A DNA stretch of 64,000 nt from an uncultured Eisenbergiella sp. (GTDB lineage: Bacteria; Bacillota; Clostridia; Lachnospirales; Lachnospiraceae), in NCBI GenBank assembly GCA_947631815.1, contig CANRMT010000001.1, positions 3,401-67,400 of the forward strand. The letters are read 5' to 3'. Position numbers and translations under genes: made by a program. The notes under the pieces are model-generated. The model saw only the letters and a program-made list of their open reading frames with translations, made no database searches and had not been told where the DNA came from. Within the stretch, counting starts at the first letter, position 1; every line of letters begins with the position of its first letter. Below, in pieces: positions 62,272 through 64,000 of this stretch.

Positions 62272-64000
62272 TCATTCCGCTGCATGAGTCTCCGGCACAA
62301 AGCGCCTCGTGTCCCTGATCTCTTCCTTCCGACTGGCCGCGCGGACCGCCTGCAGACAGAAGTCCTCCTGCGCGCAGAACAGCTCCTTGCCCCTGCGGTC
62401 CACCTTCTCATAGCTGCCGTCCGGCTGCAGGATATGGGCCTTCGTGTTGTCCCGCATCTGGCCGTCCAGAATATACCTCAGCTTCTCCTGCAGGTCGGGA
62501 TCCTCCACCGGGAAAAGAAGCTCCACCCGGCGCTCCAGATTCCGGGGCATCCAGTCCGCACTGCTGCAGTAATACTCCGGCTTCCCGTTGTTCTCAAAGA
62601 AGAAAATGCGGGCATGCTCCAGGAAGTTGCCTACGATGGAACGCACAGAGATGTTCTCGCTGACGCCCGGGATCCCCACCTTCAGGCAGCAGATCCCCCG
62701 GACGATCAGATCGATCTTCACGCCGTCGCAGCTCGCCGCATACAGCGCGGCGATGACATCCTGATCGCAGAGCGCGTTCATCTTCGCCACGATACGGGCA
62801 GGCCGCCCCTCTCTGGCGTTCTTCGCCTCCCGGTTGATCAGATACAGGAAGCGGTCCTTCAGCCACAGAGGCGCCACGCTCAGCCGGTTCCAGGAGCGGG
62901 GCTCCGAATAGCCCGAAAGCATGTTGAAGACCGCCGTCGCGTCCTCGCCGATCGCCTCGTTCGCCGTCATCAGCCCCACGTCCGTATACAGCTTCGCGGT
63001 GGCATCGTTATAGTTGCCCGTCGCCAGATGCACATACCGGCGGATGCCCTCGTCCTCGCGCCGCACCACGAGCGTGATCTTGCTGTGGGTCTTTAAGCCC
63101 ACCAGGCCGTAGATCACGTGGCAGCCCGCCTGCTCCAGCTTCCTGGCCCATACGATGTTGTTTTCCTCATCAAAACGCGCCTTCAGCTCCACCAGAACGG
63201 AAACCTGCTTCCCGTTCTCAGCGGCCTGCGCCAGCGCCGCGATGATCGGGGAATTGCCGCTGACGCGGTACAGGGTCTGCTTGATTGCCAGCACATCGGG
63301 ATCCCGGCTGGCCTGACGGATGAAATCCACCACCGGGTCAAAGGTCTGGTAGGGATGATGCAGCAGGATATCCTTCTTCCGTATGATATCGAAGACGGAA
63401 CCCTCCTGCATGAATTCCGGCACAGGCTGCGGCTCATAGTGCCTGCTCTTCAAGTGATCGAAGCCGTCCAGACCGTATACCTTCATGAGGAAGGTCAGGT
63501 CCAGCGGGCCCTCGATCCGGAAGATATCCTCGTCCTCCACCTGGAGCTCCTTTTTGAGCAGACGGACCAGACGTTTGTCCGCGCCCTCCTCGATCTCCAG
63601 CCGGAGCGCGCGCCCCCAGCTCCTCTTCTTGATCTGTTTTTCGATCTCCAGGAGCAGATCCTCCGCCTCATCCTCATCGATCGCCAGATCCGCGTTCCGG
63701 GTGATCCGGAACGGATGGGCGCAGACCACATCATAATTCAGGAAGAGGCGGCTGATATTGCGCTCGATGATCTCCTCCAGCAGGATGACCGTGAGCCCTG
63801 CGTTCTCTTCCTTCCCGTCGGACGGGATCGCCACCACCCTGGGCAGCACGGAGGGCACCTGCACGGTGGCGAAATCCAGCGCCTCTTTTCCGTCCTTCCC
63901 TTTTTTGGCAGCTTTCTTTCCCTGCTTCTCCGGCTGGCCCTCCTGGGCCTTTTCGGCCTTTTTGTCCAGCAATGCGCCGATGTTCAGGGATTTGTTGCGG
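62272..64000 (-). CDS. ppk1: Polyphosphate kinase 1 (5' part beyond the right edge)
   Basis: RNKSLNIGALL at the edge, FRITRNAD, LLHHPY, IKQTLYRVSGNSP, VELKARFDEENN, KTHSK, TGNYN, FLEHAR, SSADWMPRNLERRVE. Confidence 0.95.
   Translation of the reverse strand, partial: RNKSLNIGALLDKKAEKAQEGQPEKQGKKAAKKGKDGKEALDFATVQVPSVLPRVVAIPSDGKEENAGLTVILLEEIIERNISRLFLNYDVVCAHPFRITRNADLAIDEDEAEDLLLEIEKQIKKRSWGRALRLEIEEGADKRLVRLLKKELQVEDEDIFRIEGPLDLTFLMKVYGLDGFDHLKSRHYEPQPVPEFMQEGSVFDIIRKKDILLHHPYQTFDPVVDFIRQASRDPDVLAIKQTLYRVSGNSPIIAALAQAAENGKQVSVLVELKARFDEENNIVWARKLEQAGCHVIYGLVGLKTHSKITLVVRREDEGIRRYVHLATGNYNDATAKLYTDVGLMTANEAIGEDATAVFNMLSGYSEPRSWNRLSVAPLWLKDRFLYLINREAKNAREGRPARIVAKMNALCDQDVIAALYAASCDGVKIDLIVRGICCLKVGIPGVSENISVRSIVGNFLEHARIFFFENNGKPEYYCSSADWMPRNLERRVELLFPVEDPDLQEKLRYILDGQMRDNTKAHILQPDGSYEKVDRRGKELFCAQEDFCLQAVRAASRKEEIRDTRRFVPETHAAE

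Overview
High-GC Firmicute chromosome segment, most likely Lachnospiraceae/Clostridia (inferred from gene content, T-box, L20 leader and sporulation-type promoters). Almost all genes are on the minus strand. Housekeeping and carbohydrate genes: three GH2 glycosidases, metA, ligA, pseudouridine synthase, MATE, an ECF sigma/anti-sigma/ABC module, azlCD, glgB, mscS, serC/serA, leuB-ilvD-ilvB, hflKC, GH105, rlmD, infC-rpmI-rplT, thrS with a T-box, ABC-F, HAD hydrolases, GH29, maf, ppk1 and three tRNAs. The main accessory element is a lower-GC, plus-strand four-gene operon at 19670-24055: Xre regulator, M48 Zn-peptidase fusion, TerB-like protein and a Gly/Ala-rich hydrophobic-hairpin protein, with its own promoter and palindromic operator. 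It is my best candidate for an undescribed system, possibly anti-phage or membrane-acting. Other notable items: a tRNA-Pro with an AGG (A34) anticodon, a degenerate-HAD/SARP-BTAD/degenerate-GGDEF fusion regulator, a 203-bp nested inverted-repeat element, a 58-bp tandem repeat built from GCGAAGC mini-hairpins, a tandem ferritin-like protein, a DUF1015 protein with SerK/SbnI-like motifs near serA/serC, and frequent GC-rich tandem duplications and protein insertions. Starts were re-assigned from visible Shine-Dalgarno sites. All family calls come from motif recognition by eye, not database searches.
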